From the NCBI GenBank assembly GCA_049511795.1, contig JBEKXS010000001.1, forward strand, positions 58,514-122,513: DNA of 64,000 nucleotides, in the 5' to 3' direction. Position 1 is the stretch's first letter. Every line of letters begins with the position of its first letter. The stretch comes from Candidatus Pacearchaeota archaeon (lineage in GTDB: Archaea; Nanobdellota; Nanobdellia; Pacearchaeales; GW2011-AR1). Both the position numbers and the translations under genes were made by a program. The notes under the pieces are model-generated. The model saw only the letters and a program-made list of their open reading frames with translations, searched no databases and was not told the origin of the DNA. Below, piece after piece: positions 18,480 through 27,867 of this stretch.

Positions 18480-19082
18480 TTACTTCTTTCCCCCTTTCTT
18501 TGCAGCTTTTGCTTCTTCTCTTTCTGTTTTTTTATTTTCCTTTTCTTTCTTCATAGAATCTTCTTTTATCCATTCAAGCTTTCCCAATCCAGGCTGCCTC
18601 ATTGTCAATCCTATTTTTGGCTCATCGCCTTTGTGACTTATAGCAACAATTCTTGCTAGGCACAAATCCCCTGATTTGAGAACTTTTTTGCTTGATTTTC
18701 CAGTAAGAGTATTTGTCTTTGAAAAACTGACGTAATCTTCCATTGTTTGGCTTATATGTATCATGCCCCTCATGCTTCCCATATCAATGAAAGCGCCGAA
18801 GTTTGTTATCTCAGATATTGTTCCAAAAATAAGTTCATGCAGTTCAGGCTTCCATGTCAAAAGAGTGAATGTTGAATTGTAATAGGCTGCGCCGTCGCCA
18901 GGAATAAGAATTCCCTCGCCAACACGCAAAACATCTATGACAGAAATTACTTTTCCCAATTCCTTGTCATAATAATTAGCATAGCTTTCTCTCAACTGCT
19001 TTTCAACAGCCTCTATAGTAGGAATTCCGAATAGCTTTGGTTCAACACGTATATAGTCTTCAACTTCTGTAAGATAGAACAT
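18480..19082 (-). CDS. rpoE: RNA polymerase subunit E' (Rpb7 homolog, S1 domain)
   Basis: N-terminal Rpb7-like fold pattern. S1-domain segment GDLCLARIVAISHKGDEPKIGLTMRQPGLG. Lys-rich tail. Confidence 0.65.
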   Translation of the reverse strand: MFYLTEVEDYIRVEPKLFGIPTIEAVEKQLRESYANYYDKELGKVISVIDVLRVGEGILIPGDGAAYYNSTFTLLTWKPELHELIFGTISEITNFGAFIDMGSMRGMIHISQTMEDYVSFSKTNTLTGKSSKKVLKSGDLCLARIVAISHKGDEPKIGLTMRQPGLGKLEWIKEDSMKKEKENKKTEREEAKAAKKGGKK

Positions 19083-19143
19083 TTTTAGCTTGTTTTGCTT
19101 TTTTTACCTGTTTGAAATAGTAAAAATCGGTTTAAAAAGCTTA

Positions 19144-19482
19144 TTATATAATTTCAAGTTTTTTTCTTCCTCGAATAATCATCTTTGAATTCCTTATTTT
19201 CTTTTGCAAGCCCTTGTCAAGAGTCGCCACGATTGCTGTCGGGTTTTTTCTGGCGAAAGAGATTATTGCATTGTCTGCATCTTTTCCTGGCATTTCCAGC
19301 AATTCAAATTCATTTTTATTAAGAATTCTGAGCGCAAGCTCTGCTCCAAGGCCTTTCAGCTCTTTTATTGTCTGTTCTGGAACAATAATATGAAGTCCCT
19401 TGTCCTGTATTTCGTCAAAAAAATCTATTTTCTGGGCAACAGCTGTAATAATAAAGCTTGTGTCAAGTATTATATTTTTCAT
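19144..19482 (-). CDS. PIN-domain nuclease
   Basis: MKNIILDTSFII... N-terminal Asp motif plus later acidic residues. 112 aa. Confidence 0.5.
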   Translation of the reverse strand: MKNIILDTSFIITAVAQKIDFFDEIQDKGLHIIVPEQTIKELKGLGAELALRILNKNEFELLEMPGKDADNAIISFARKNPTAIVATLDKGLQKKIRNSKMIIRGRKKLEII

Positions 19483-19555
19483 AAATATTTCAGCAGATTA
19501 TTGTATAAAAACTTAACATCTTAACATTTATTAATATAATTCTGCAACATATATA

Positions 19556-20119
19556 ATGCAAGAGAGGGATAACATTCTAAGAATTTTTCAGGAGACCAAG
19601 GTCGCTGTTGAAAGAGATGATTCTGCAGCAATTCACAGCCTGAGCAATCAGACAAACAATACAGCTGCGCTTACAAACGACCCTGACAACATCGCTGCTG
19701 CAGTTGTTGTATATGCTTTGAGTAATATTGTTGAAAGAAAAGATTATTACTCAAGGGCGCAGGGATGGAAAAAGTTCTATGATTCATATCTTCTCACAAT
19801 TGACAAAATAATTGATGCAATAGAGAACAGGGATGATGGTGCTTACAGGGAAAACATAAAAGTCATAAGAGGCGCAATAGAAAAACTTTCTGGAAAATTA
19901 AGGGATTACATCCAGGATGTATTCAGAAGAACAAGTATCAACAGGGCCTCAAAACTTTATGAGCACGGGCTTTCAATGGAAAAAACATCAAAGCTTTTGG
20001 GAGTTTCAATGTTTGAGCTCGCAGAATATGCAGGGGCAAAGCAGCTTGGAGATGTTCCCCAAGCAAGAACAATGGATGTCAGGGAAAGAATTAAACTTGC
20101 AGTGGATTTTTTCAAATGA
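19556..20119 (+). CDS. Hypothetical protein with C-terminal HTH-like segment
   Basis: SMEKTSKLLGVSMFELAEYAG resembles a helix-turn-helix. Translationally coupled (ATGA overlap) to the downstream gene. Confidence 0.35.
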   Translation: MQERDNILRIFQETKVAVERDDSAAIHSLSNQTNNTAALTNDPDNIAAAVVVYALSNIVERKDYYSRAQGWKKFYDSYLLTIDKIIDAIENRDDGAYRENIKVIRGAIEKLSGKLRDYIQDVFRRTSINRASKLYEHGLSMEKTSKLLGVSMFELAEYAGAKQLGDVPQARTMDVRERIKLAVDFFK

Positions 20120-20847
20120 GCCGCGAACCAGTCAACATCGAAAAGCCGAAATATCTGCCAATAACAAAGAAGGCAATTCTTTTTGACTCTGGACCAATAA
20201 TAAGCTTCGCGATGAATGGAATGACAGGAGTTTTTCGCGAATTAAAAAAGATTTTCAGGGGAAAATTCATAATAACAAATGAAGTCAAGAGTGAGGTAAT
20301 TGATGTTCCCTTAAGGATAAAAAGATTTGAGCTTGAAGCATTGATGATAAAAAGACTTCTTGATGAAGGGGTTTTTGAGCTGCCAACTTCGCTTGATGTC
20401 AAGGATTCTGAAATTGAAAAAATAGATCAGGAATTTCTCAATACCGCAAACTCAACTTTCAATGGTGATGGAAAGGACATACATATTCTGGACCATGGAG
20501 AATCCTCATGCCTTGCATTGAGCAAAATCCTGAATGAAAAAGGAGTGAAAAACATAATAGCAATTGATGAGAGAACAACAAGACTTCTAGTTGAAAAGCC
20601 CGACAATCTTAAGGAACTTTTTGAGGAAAGATTTCACACAAAAATAAAAATGGATTCAGAAAAAACAAAAATGTTTACCAATTTCAAGATCATCCGCTCC
20701 CCTGAGCTTGCATATGTTGCATACAAAAATAACCTTCTTGGAATAAAAGACGGAAAAACAATCCTTGATGCTGTTCTTTATTCAATGAAATTCAAGGGAG
20801 CTTCGATTTCCGGCGAGGAAATCGAGCAGATAAAAAGCATTGGATAA
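20116..20847 (+). CDS. Hypothetical protein, PIN-like N-terminal half
   Basis: AILFDSGPIIS plus a later ILDHGESSCLALS...IIAIDE acidic pattern reminiscent of the PIN fold. Confidence 0.3.
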   Translation: MSREPVNIEKPKYLPITKKAILFDSGPIISFAMNGMTGVFRELKKIFRGKFIITNEVKSEVIDVPLRIKRFELEALMIKRLLDEGVFELPTSLDVKDSEIEKIDQEFLNTANSTFNGDGKDIHILDHGESSCLALSKILNEKGVKNIIAIDERTTRLLVEKPDNLKELFEERFHTKIKMDSEKTKMFTNFKIIRSPELAYVAYKNNLLGIKDGKTILDAVLYSMKFKGASISGEEIEQIKSIG

Positions 20848-20883
20848 AAGCTTTTAAAAATCAATTACTTCTTCTAAAAATAA

Positions 20884-20954
20884 GGGTGCGTAGGCTAGTG
20901 GTAGACTACCTGGCTCCAGCCCAGGAGATGGGGGTTCGATTCCCTCCGTGCCCA
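20884..20954 (+). tRNA. tRNA-Trp (CCA)
   Basis: Acceptor GGGTGCG/CGTGCCC with two G-U pairs. Anticodon arm CCTGG-CTCCAGC-CCAGG. T-arm GGGGG-TTCGATT-CCCTC. Discriminator A. D-stem is weak. Promoter box AAAAGCTTTTAAAAA lies 25-35 bp upstream. Confidence 0.6.
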
Positions 20955-21007
20955 TTTTCTAACACAAGTATAACAATTCTTATAAGTAACAATTTTATTT
21001 TTGAGAA

Positions 21008-21421
21008 ATGAAAACACTTGAAGTTGTTGCAGCTGTTATTGAAAAAGATGGAAAATTTTTAGTAGCGCAAAAACCATCAAATCATGCGGTTATCCCAAAT
21101 AAATGGGAATTTCCCGGCGGAAGAACAGATGGTCAAGCTCATAATGTAGCATTGAAACGTGAGTTAAGAGAAGAAATGGATGGTTTTGAAGTTGATATTG
21201 AAAGGTTTTTAGGAAAATATACTCACTCTTATGATGGAAAGACAATGATTGAATTATATGCCTATCTATGCTATCCAAAAAATGAGCCAAGATGCCTGGA
21301 GCATCAGAAAATTGCATGGGTTGATCCAAGAAATTTATTATTCTATGATATGGCTCACATTGATATGGAAATTGTCAGAACAGCATTAGTAAGAAAAACT
21401 CAGTATCCAAAAAGTTCTTAA
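21008..21421 (+). CDS. NUDIX hydrolase
   Basis: Nudix box GGRTDGQAHNVALKRELREEMDG. Confidence 0.65.
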   Translation: MKTLEVVAAVIEKDGKFLVAQKPSNHAVIPNKWEFPGGRTDGQAHNVALKRELREEMDGFEVDIERFLGKYTHSYDGKTMIELYAYLCYPKNEPRCLEHQKIAWVDPRNLLFYDMAHIDMEIVRTALVRKTQYPKSS

Positions 21422-21443
21422 ATCAATTTTATTTGAATCAGCT

Positions 21444-21605
21444 ATGGCATCATATCCACCAGGACCCCAGAAAGTCAAGATAGACTACAACATAGACAGA
21501 AAAGCCTATGATGACTTTGTAAGGACATGCAGCAGAAAGGGAATGGCACCTCAGGTAATCTTGGAACAGGCAATGAGAAAATACGCACAGACAGGACAAA
21601 TTTAA
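21444..21605 (+). CDS. Small (53 aa) hypothetical, possibly ribbon-helix-helix-like
   Basis: ORF found by hand (shorter than the track cutoff). No strong motif. Confidence 0.2.
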   Translation: MASYPPGPQKVKIDYNIDRKAYDDFVRTCSRKGMAPQVILEQAMRKYAQTGQI

Positions 21606-21823
21606 GCAGTTGACAAATTCAACATTCATAAACTTCTTAAAGCCATTTTTCGATAGATAAAAATAAAAGAGGATTAACATAAATAATAATGAGCTATGAT
21701 GGTTCGCATCTTGTATGCGAAAAACACGAAATCGCAACAATATACTGCACAATAAATAAAGAATGGGTTTGTGTTGAATGTGAAATTGAGAAAAAAAGTA
21801 AATCATGGTAAATAAAAAATAAA

Positions 21824-22681
21824 ATGTGGAATCAAATCAAAACAGTCTTGCTGCTAGGAATACTTACTGCAATACTATTACTAATAGGGGGATTTTTCGG
21901 GACAACAGGACTTACTATAGCTATTATTATAGTTGTTCTTATGAATTCCATAACATATTTCTTTTCTGACAAGATTGCCCTTATGATGTACAGGGCAAAG
22001 CTATTGAAGAAAACAGAATATCCGTGGCTTCATGCGATGGTGAAAGATTTGGCAAAGAAATCAGGAATACCCGAGCCAAAGGGAATTTACATAATACCTA
22101 CTGAACAAGCAAATGCTTTCTGTGCTGGTCGCGGGCCAAAGCACTATGTTGTAGCATGTACAGAAGGAATTCTTAAAATTCTTGACAAAGACGAACTAAA
22201 AGGAGTTTTAAGCCATGAATTAAGCCATGCAAAGAACAGAGATGTTCTTATTGCAACAGTTGCAGCAACAATTGCTGGTGTTATTTCTTATCTTGCTCAG
22301 ATGGCGCAGTTCGCCGCGATTTTTGGAGGAATGGGAAGAAACAGCAATAATAACAATAATTCAGGAGGAATGATTGAGCTTCTTGTTCTGGCAATTCTTA
22401 CACCAATTATTGCTTTAATTATTCAGCTTTCAATCTCAAGAAGCAGAGAATACATGGCAGACGAAAGCGGGGCAAAACTTCTCAATGACGGAAAGCCTTT
22501 GGCAATTGCTCTGGAAAAAATAGATAGTTCTGTAAAACAAAAGCCAATGAAATTTGGAAACAAGGCTGCAAGCACTCTGTTTATTGAAAATCCTTTTCAA
22601 GGCAGCGCACTTTTGAACCTTTTTTCAACCCATCCACCTACTGCTGAAAGAATAAGAAGACTGAAGGAAATGAAGTTCTGA
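21824..22681 (+). CDS. htpX: HtpX-like M48 zinc metalloprotease with Asn/Gly-rich insert
   Basis: N-terminal TM helices, HELSHAKNRD HExxH motif, and a MGRNSNNNNNSGG low-complexity insert. Confidence 0.7.
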   Translation: MWNQIKTVLLLGILTAILLLIGGFFGTTGLTIAIIIVVLMNSITYFFSDKIALMMYRAKLLKKTEYPWLHAMVKDLAKKSGIPEPKGIYIIPTEQANAFCAGRGPKHYVVACTEGILKILDKDELKGVLSHELSHAKNRDVLIATVAATIAGVISYLAQMAQFAAIFGGMGRNSNNNNNSGGMIELLVLAILTPIIALIIQLSISRSREYMADESGAKLLNDGKPLAIALEKIDSSVKQKPMKFGNKAASTLFIENPFQGSALLNLFSTHPPTAERIRRLKEMKF

Positions 22682-22727
22682 GAAATAAAAGCTTTTAAAT
22701 CTCTAAACACCTCTGAAAAGCATTAAA

Positions 22728-24230
22728 ATGTGCAGATTAAAATTGTTTTTCATTGGGTTAATCTTCTCTTTATTCGGCATTTTGTTTATTGTTCAATTAG
22801 TCAGTGCAACAGGCCCAAATATATTCCCAGGGATATTTTATGATAATGTAACAAATATAACAATAACAATCGGGCAGAACAACTCAATAACTAATTTTTA
22901 TATGAATACTTCAAATTCTTATTTCGATAATCAAAGTATTGTTTTTTCAACTAATTCTGGAAGTGCAACACAAAAATTTACAGTTTCTAGTATGCTTGGT
23001 TCTGTTGACGGGCAAGTAAGCATACAAAAAGGTATGCAAATACCTAAATTCCTAAGTATGAATCTTCATCCTCTTTCTCCATGGGATGCTTATCTTCCAG
23101 AAGCTCTTTCAGGGTATAACTTAACAATAAGTCAAATAAACAATGATTGCATAACAAACAACTGTTCAATATTCAACCAATATCTAATTAATGATAACAT
23201 AATCATTCCATCAAAAACAAATCTTATATTCACAAAAAATAGCACAAATTACAGTTTCGCAAATGATTATGGTTATGATAATATAAGCAGTTATCAAAGT
23301 AGTATAAGCCAAATAATAACTGATAGCATAATGCAAATGAACATATCAAATATAATATCAGACATGCTGCCAATGATAACAAATAACTTGACATATTACA
23401 ATGTAGATGTTTCACAACTTCTTCTAAGTGCAATTAATTCTAATTATAGAGTGAGTTATATAAATCTCTCAAAAATCAACTTTAAAAATGGTAGTTATAC
23501 TATTCCTATTACAATAGCTAATGGAACTAATTCAATCATAAAAAATATTTTAGTAAAACTTCAGGACATTTCAAACACAACTCAAATAGCAGATACAACT
23601 CCACCAGTCATAACAGTAATTTCTCCAAATAATAATGAATTATTTAATGTTTCAAATGTTACTCTTGACATAAATACAAGTGAAGATGCAAGTGGGTGGT
23701 ACAATTTGAATGGAACAAATGTTTCTATGACAAGAACTTCCCCTACTTCGTTTGAAAATGATTTATCTCTTTCAGATGGAAATTATGTTGTGATTTTCTA
23801 TGCAGAAGATTTATCAGGGAATATTGGACAAACAACAACAAACTTTAACATAAACACAACAATAATTTCCAGTAATAATATAGGAACTAATAATAATAGT
23901 AATAGTAGTAATAATGGAAATAATGGTGGATCTTCTGGAGGAGATAGTAATGGAGGAAGTTCTGGTGGTGGAGGCGGTGGTGGAGGAAGTAGTGGAGGTC
24001 ACAGTTCTTATGTAAATACACCTCTTAGCAATTCTTTGCCTAATCAAAATGCAAACCCCCAAACAGGAACAATAACTGCACAAGCAACAGCTCCATTAAA
24101 CAGCAAGAACAGCTCATTTGATATAACTGGAGTTTTAGTTATTCTGGGGATATTCGCCGGACTTGGCATTTTTTTAGCTATAATAACTTTTTCATTAAAT
24201 CATAAAAAAATTAGAAATGAAAAATTATAG
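22728..24230 (+). CDS. Secreted Asn/Ser/Thr-rich surface protein with Gly/Ser linker and C-terminal TM anchor plus basic tail
   Basis: Signal-like N-terminus, poly-G/S tract, C-terminal hydrophobic helix followed by KKIRNEKL. Paralog of 26255..27865. Confidence 0.45.
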   Translation: MCRLKLFFIGLIFSLFGILFIVQLVSATGPNIFPGIFYDNVTNITITIGQNNSITNFYMNTSNSYFDNQSIVFSTNSGSATQKFTVSSMLGSVDGQVSIQKGMQIPKFLSMNLHPLSPWDAYLPEALSGYNLTISQINNDCITNNCSIFNQYLINDNIIIPSKTNLIFTKNSTNYSFANDYGYDNISSYQSSISQIITDSIMQMNISNIISDMLPMITNNLTYYNVDVSQLLLSAINSNYRVSYINLSKINFKNGSYTIPITIANGTNSIIKNILVKLQDISNTTQIADTTPPVITVISPNNNELFNVSNVTLDINTSEDASGWYNLNGTNVSMTRTSPTSFENDLSLSDGNYVVIFYAEDLSGNIGQTTTNFNINTTIISSNNIGTNNNSNSSNNGNNGGSSGGDSNGGSSGGGGGGGGSSGGHSSYVNTPLSNSLPNQNANPQTGTITAQATAPLNSKNSSFDITGVLVILGIFAGLGIFLAIITFSLNHKKIRNEKL

Positions 24231-24855
24231 GAATATAAGGTCAAAAGTAATTGGTCTGGGTATTGCTGCTATGGCTACTGCTTTCGCATCTTGCAAAGAT
24301 GTACCATTTATGCCAAGATGGGATACTGATTTTTACATGCCTTTGAGCACAAGAGCAATTTATCTCAAGGATTATTTTCAATTTGGATTTATACCTTCAG
24401 GAATTTCAGCAAATGTAAGCTTTTCTCCTGAAAAGCAGGAACTTCCAGGAGTAGTCAGAGATGCTTTAAAAAATATAGAAACAAATTCTACAAGAGCAAG
24501 AACAGTTCTGACCCTAAACTTATCAAAAAGTACTCCAATAACAACAAGTGATACAATATTAATAACAAAAGATTCTGCAAGTCTTACAAATCCTGGCTTG
24601 GAAGATATTGTCTTTCCAGTAAATCTAGGCAGTAATGATACTTTAGTAACAGATTCTATACAATTAACTATGCCTTCAATTAGGATGCTGCAAGATGCAG
24701 CATATAATGGGTCTCCATTATGGGTTCAAATGAGAGGTTATGTAAGCAATGATAGTAGTTATTCTATCCCAATAAATGCCTCAGACTCTATTACTGCAAA
24801 ATTATCAATAACAGCTAGAATTTTTATATCAGAGAGAGGTGGTGGAAAACCATGA
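24217..24855 (+). CDS. Putative lipoprotein (bacterial-style lipobox AFASC)
   Basis: Signal peptide ending in ...ATAFASCKD. Overlaps the upstream and downstream genes. Confidence 0.35.
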   Translation: MKNYRNIRSKVIGLGIAAMATAFASCKDVPFMPRWDTDFYMPLSTRAIYLKDYFQFGFIPSGISANVSFSPEKQELPGVVRDALKNIETNSTRARTVLTLNLSKSTPITTSDTILITKDSASLTNPGLEDIVFPVNLGSNDTLVTDSIQLTMPSIRMLQDAAYNGSPLWVQMRGYVSNDSSYSIPINASDSITAKLSITARIFISERGGGKP

Positions 24856-26195
24856 AGAAGATTTTACTGGGGTTAGTTAGTCTTCTACTCCCAACAGTAC
24901 TTAATGCACAACTCCCAAATCCATCGACTCGTGCTCTTGGAATGGATGGAGCATATACTTCAATAGCTCAAGGTTATGAATCCACATTTTGGAACCCAGC
25001 AATGTTGGCAACAGAAGGTAGACCTAAATTTAGTATTAGTCTGCCTCATGGAGATTTAGAAATAGGTAGTAATATCTATAATTTTTCTGATTTTGGAAAA
25101 TATGCAAATCATTACCTAAGTGACTCAGATAAGCAAACTTTGTTGAGTAAACTAGAACCAGGTCTACCACTTAGAATCCATACAGAATTTGGTGTTGTAC
25201 CTTTTGGATTATCAATCGGTCAATTTGCTATGGCAATTGGCACATATGGCGAAGGTAATGCGTCAATTAGTAATGATGCTATGCAATTGTTATTGTATGG
25301 TAACTCTACTCTCAGTAATCCAAATCAATTATTTACTGCTAACGGATCAAGAGGAAATGGGTTAGTTGCAACAACCGCTGCAGTAAGTTTTGCATTACCA
25401 TTCTCTTTACGAAACAATCGCTTATCTTTTGGTATTACAGGCAAGTATACAATTGGTCACTTCCTGGCTTCTGTAGAGGATTTTGGTTCGAATATAAACA
25501 CAAATCCTTCATTTCATATAACAGAAGCAGCACAAGCTATTTATACAAATTATAGTAGTGATTGCAAAAGTATCAATCCATTTAGTAATAGTGATTGTGG
25601 GGGTATGGCAGGAAGAGGCATAAGTGCAGATTTTGGAGTTACTTTGCAGATTCCAAATAGGGATATAACAATTTCAGCTGTTTTAGTCAATGGTCTTGGT
25701 AGTATGACTTGGAACCAAAATCGTTTTGTTTATAAGCGCACAAAATGCCAGATAGATTATATGTCATCAGATAATTTTATTAAGACATGCACTGATTCAA
25801 CAAAACTAACAACAGAAGAATCAATCAATGCCGATTCACAGGCACGTGTTTTTCGTGATTCTTTGTTGCATAACTCAAATTTCTCTAGATTAATCCGGAC
25901 CGGATTTGCACTTAAAAAGAAGAATCTTACTATAGGTAGTACAATGCAGTTTAGATTGGGTAAAGGATTTGATGAACAACCGGAACAACTTATTTCTGCT
26001 GGTTTGGAATACAATATTTTAGGTTTTCTACCAGTTAGAATTGGGTCTTCATGGGATTTTAATAAAACCAAAACTTTTTCAGCAGGTACAGGACTTAAGA
26101 TTTCAAGAGTAAATGTTGATGTTTCTATAACAAGTATCTCTGGACCATCTTATTCAGGACTACGATTAGGAGCTGGTACCAGTCTTATATGGTAA
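24852..26195 (+). CDS. Beta-barrel outer-membrane-protein-like protein (signal peptide, alternating amphipathic strands, C-terminal ...SLIW)
   Basis: MKKILLGLVSLLLPTVLNAQ signal. Many short alternating hydrophobic/polar stretches. Terminal aromatic residue typical of bacterial OMP beta-barrels. Confidence 0.4.
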   Translation: MKKILLGLVSLLLPTVLNAQLPNPSTRALGMDGAYTSIAQGYESTFWNPAMLATEGRPKFSISLPHGDLEIGSNIYNFSDFGKYANHYLSDSDKQTLLSKLEPGLPLRIHTEFGVVPFGLSIGQFAMAIGTYGEGNASISNDAMQLLLYGNSTLSNPNQLFTANGSRGNGLVATTAAVSFALPFSLRNNRLSFGITGKYTIGHFLASVEDFGSNINTNPSFHITEAAQAIYTNYSSDCKSINPFSNSDCGGMAGRGISADFGVTLQIPNRDITISAVLVNGLGSMTWNQNRFVYKRTKCQIDYMSSDNFIKTCTDSTKLTTEESINADSQARVFRDSLLHNSNFSRLIRTGFALKKKNLTIGSTMQFRLGKGFDEQPEQLISAGLEYNILGFLPVRIGSSWDFNKTKTFSAGTGLKISRVNVDVSITSISGPSYSGLRLGAGTSLIW

Positions 26196-26254
26196 AGAAT
26201 TGCTGCGTCTCTAAGTAAAAAAGAAGTATTATTATGTACAACAAAAATTTATAA

Positions 26255-27865
26255 ATGTTTAAGAACTCTTTAAAAAGAATTAAAATGAACAACTCCAAAT
26301 TATTTCTTGTTGGAGTGATGATATCTTTATTTGTTATTGTCGCTCTTGTCCCTTCTCTAAATGCTATTTCTTCTAGCGATATTAATCAGTTTCTTCAGGA
26401 AAGTGTCACAAATCTTACAGTAACAATACACCAAAATGATGCACAAGCAAATTTATACTTAAATACAAAAGGAACATCTTTTGACCGGCAGATAATAACT
26501 TCAAATAATATCAATATTACAGATTTGCTGAATAAATTAGGAGAAACTTCTCTATGCAATAAACTACCTTTTAATTGTACTAATTTTAGTCTAACTTTTA
26601 ATATTTCCGATGTCCTTAATGGAGTTAATTGGTCCATAGGAATAACAAAAGGATCAAACATAACTCAATTAAGTAATTTATCAACTTCAGAAAATGTTCC
26701 TCTTGAAATGATTAGTTCTGGTTGGCCGGATATAAGGTCAATTAACTTCTCAAACATAACGACCATCACAGAGATTAACAATTATCTAGCGGCACATTCT
26801 CTTAATTATACTTTTGACAGAAATATAACTTTCACAAAACAGGGGACAGATTACATTTTATGGAATAGCGACGGGTATGGGGATCTTGGTTCTGCAACAA
26901 AAGATAATATAAGAAAGATAATAAGTGATGATGTTGAAAGCATGACAATCCAGCAAATTGTTGATAAAGCAATTCCTGTGTTAAACAATTTGTCAAATGG
27001 AAGCGGAGATACTCTTAACAGTTTATTGAATGGAACTAACTTGAATTTCATAGTAACTGCAGTTGATCTTTCAAAGGTTAATTTAGAGGATGGAAATTAT
27101 GTTGTTCCTATTACAATTAGTGATGGGACAAATGCTTACACAAAGAAAATCTACTTAGTTTTGCAGGGAATTAAAAACATAGGAACTGATAATTCAACTG
27201 GAGGTGTTTATGAATCAAGCAACCCAGAAATTCAGAATTATCTTAATAATATAATAGGATTCAATGATGGAGCAGTAACTGTTTCATTATTTGATGATGG
27301 TTCAAATTATCCATCAATTTCAGGAACTGTTATTAAATATCTAGATTTTACATTCACTCAGGGGATAACTGGAAGTGCAATAATTAACTTTAAAATTCCT
27401 AATTACAAAAACATTGATCCAACAAGAATAGTTTTATACCATTTTGATGGAACAAATTGGAATCAATTATCAACACATTATAACGGTTTAGATAGCAGCA
27501 AAAATTATTTATTTGATGCAACAACAACAAGCTTCTCACCATTTGCAATAGTTGAAACAGTTGCACCCATTGCAATAGCGCCAGCAATAGGTAATAATGG
27601 CGGAGTTTATGGAGGAACATTTGTAACAGCACCTATAGCAACAACTCCGGCTGTAACTACACCTACAGCTAATACTCCAACAACACCAACAGCAACAGGA
27701 TTCAACTTCTTCAGGGCACTTGGTGCAGTCGTGGGAGCTCCTAACAGCACAGGAACAGGCATTGTAGTCTTTATTGTGGTTATCTTTATTGTTGGCGGAG
27801 TAATTACAGTATTTGTAATGAATAGGAAGCCATCAAAGAAGAAAGCAGAAAAAGACGAAGAATAA
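26255..27865 (+). CDS. Secreted Asn/Ser/Thr-rich surface protein with Thr/Pro linker and C-terminal TM anchor. Paralog of 22728..24230.
   Basis: Shared blocks with the paralog (NLTVTIHQNDAQANLYLNT vs NITITIGQNNSITNFYMNT; DLSKVNLEDGNYVVPITISDGTN vs NLSKINFKNGSYTIPITIANGTN). C-terminal TM plus a KKKAEKDEE tail. Confidence 0.45.
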   Translation: MFKNSLKRIKMNNSKLFLVGVMISLFVIVALVPSLNAISSSDINQFLQESVTNLTVTIHQNDAQANLYLNTKGTSFDRQIITSNNINITDLLNKLGETSLCNKLPFNCTNFSLTFNISDVLNGVNWSIGITKGSNITQLSNLSTSENVPLEMISSGWPDIRSINFSNITTITEINNYLAAHSLNYTFDRNITFTKQGTDYILWNSDGYGDLGSATKDNIRKIISDDVESMTIQQIVDKAIPVLNNLSNGSGDTLNSLLNGTNLNFIVTAVDLSKVNLEDGNYVVPITISDGTNAYTKKIYLVLQGIKNIGTDNSTGGVYESSNPEIQNYLNNIIGFNDGAVTVSLFDDGSNYPSISGTVIKYLDFTFTQGITGSAIINFKIPNYKNIDPTRIVLYHFDGTNWNQLSTHYNGLDSSKNYLFDATTTSFSPFAIVETVAPIAIAPAIGNNGGVYGGTFVTAPIATTPAVTTPTANTPTTPTATGFNFFRALGAVVGAPNSTGTGIVVFIVVIFIVGGVITVFVMNRKPSKKKAEKDEE

Positions 27866-27867
27866 TT

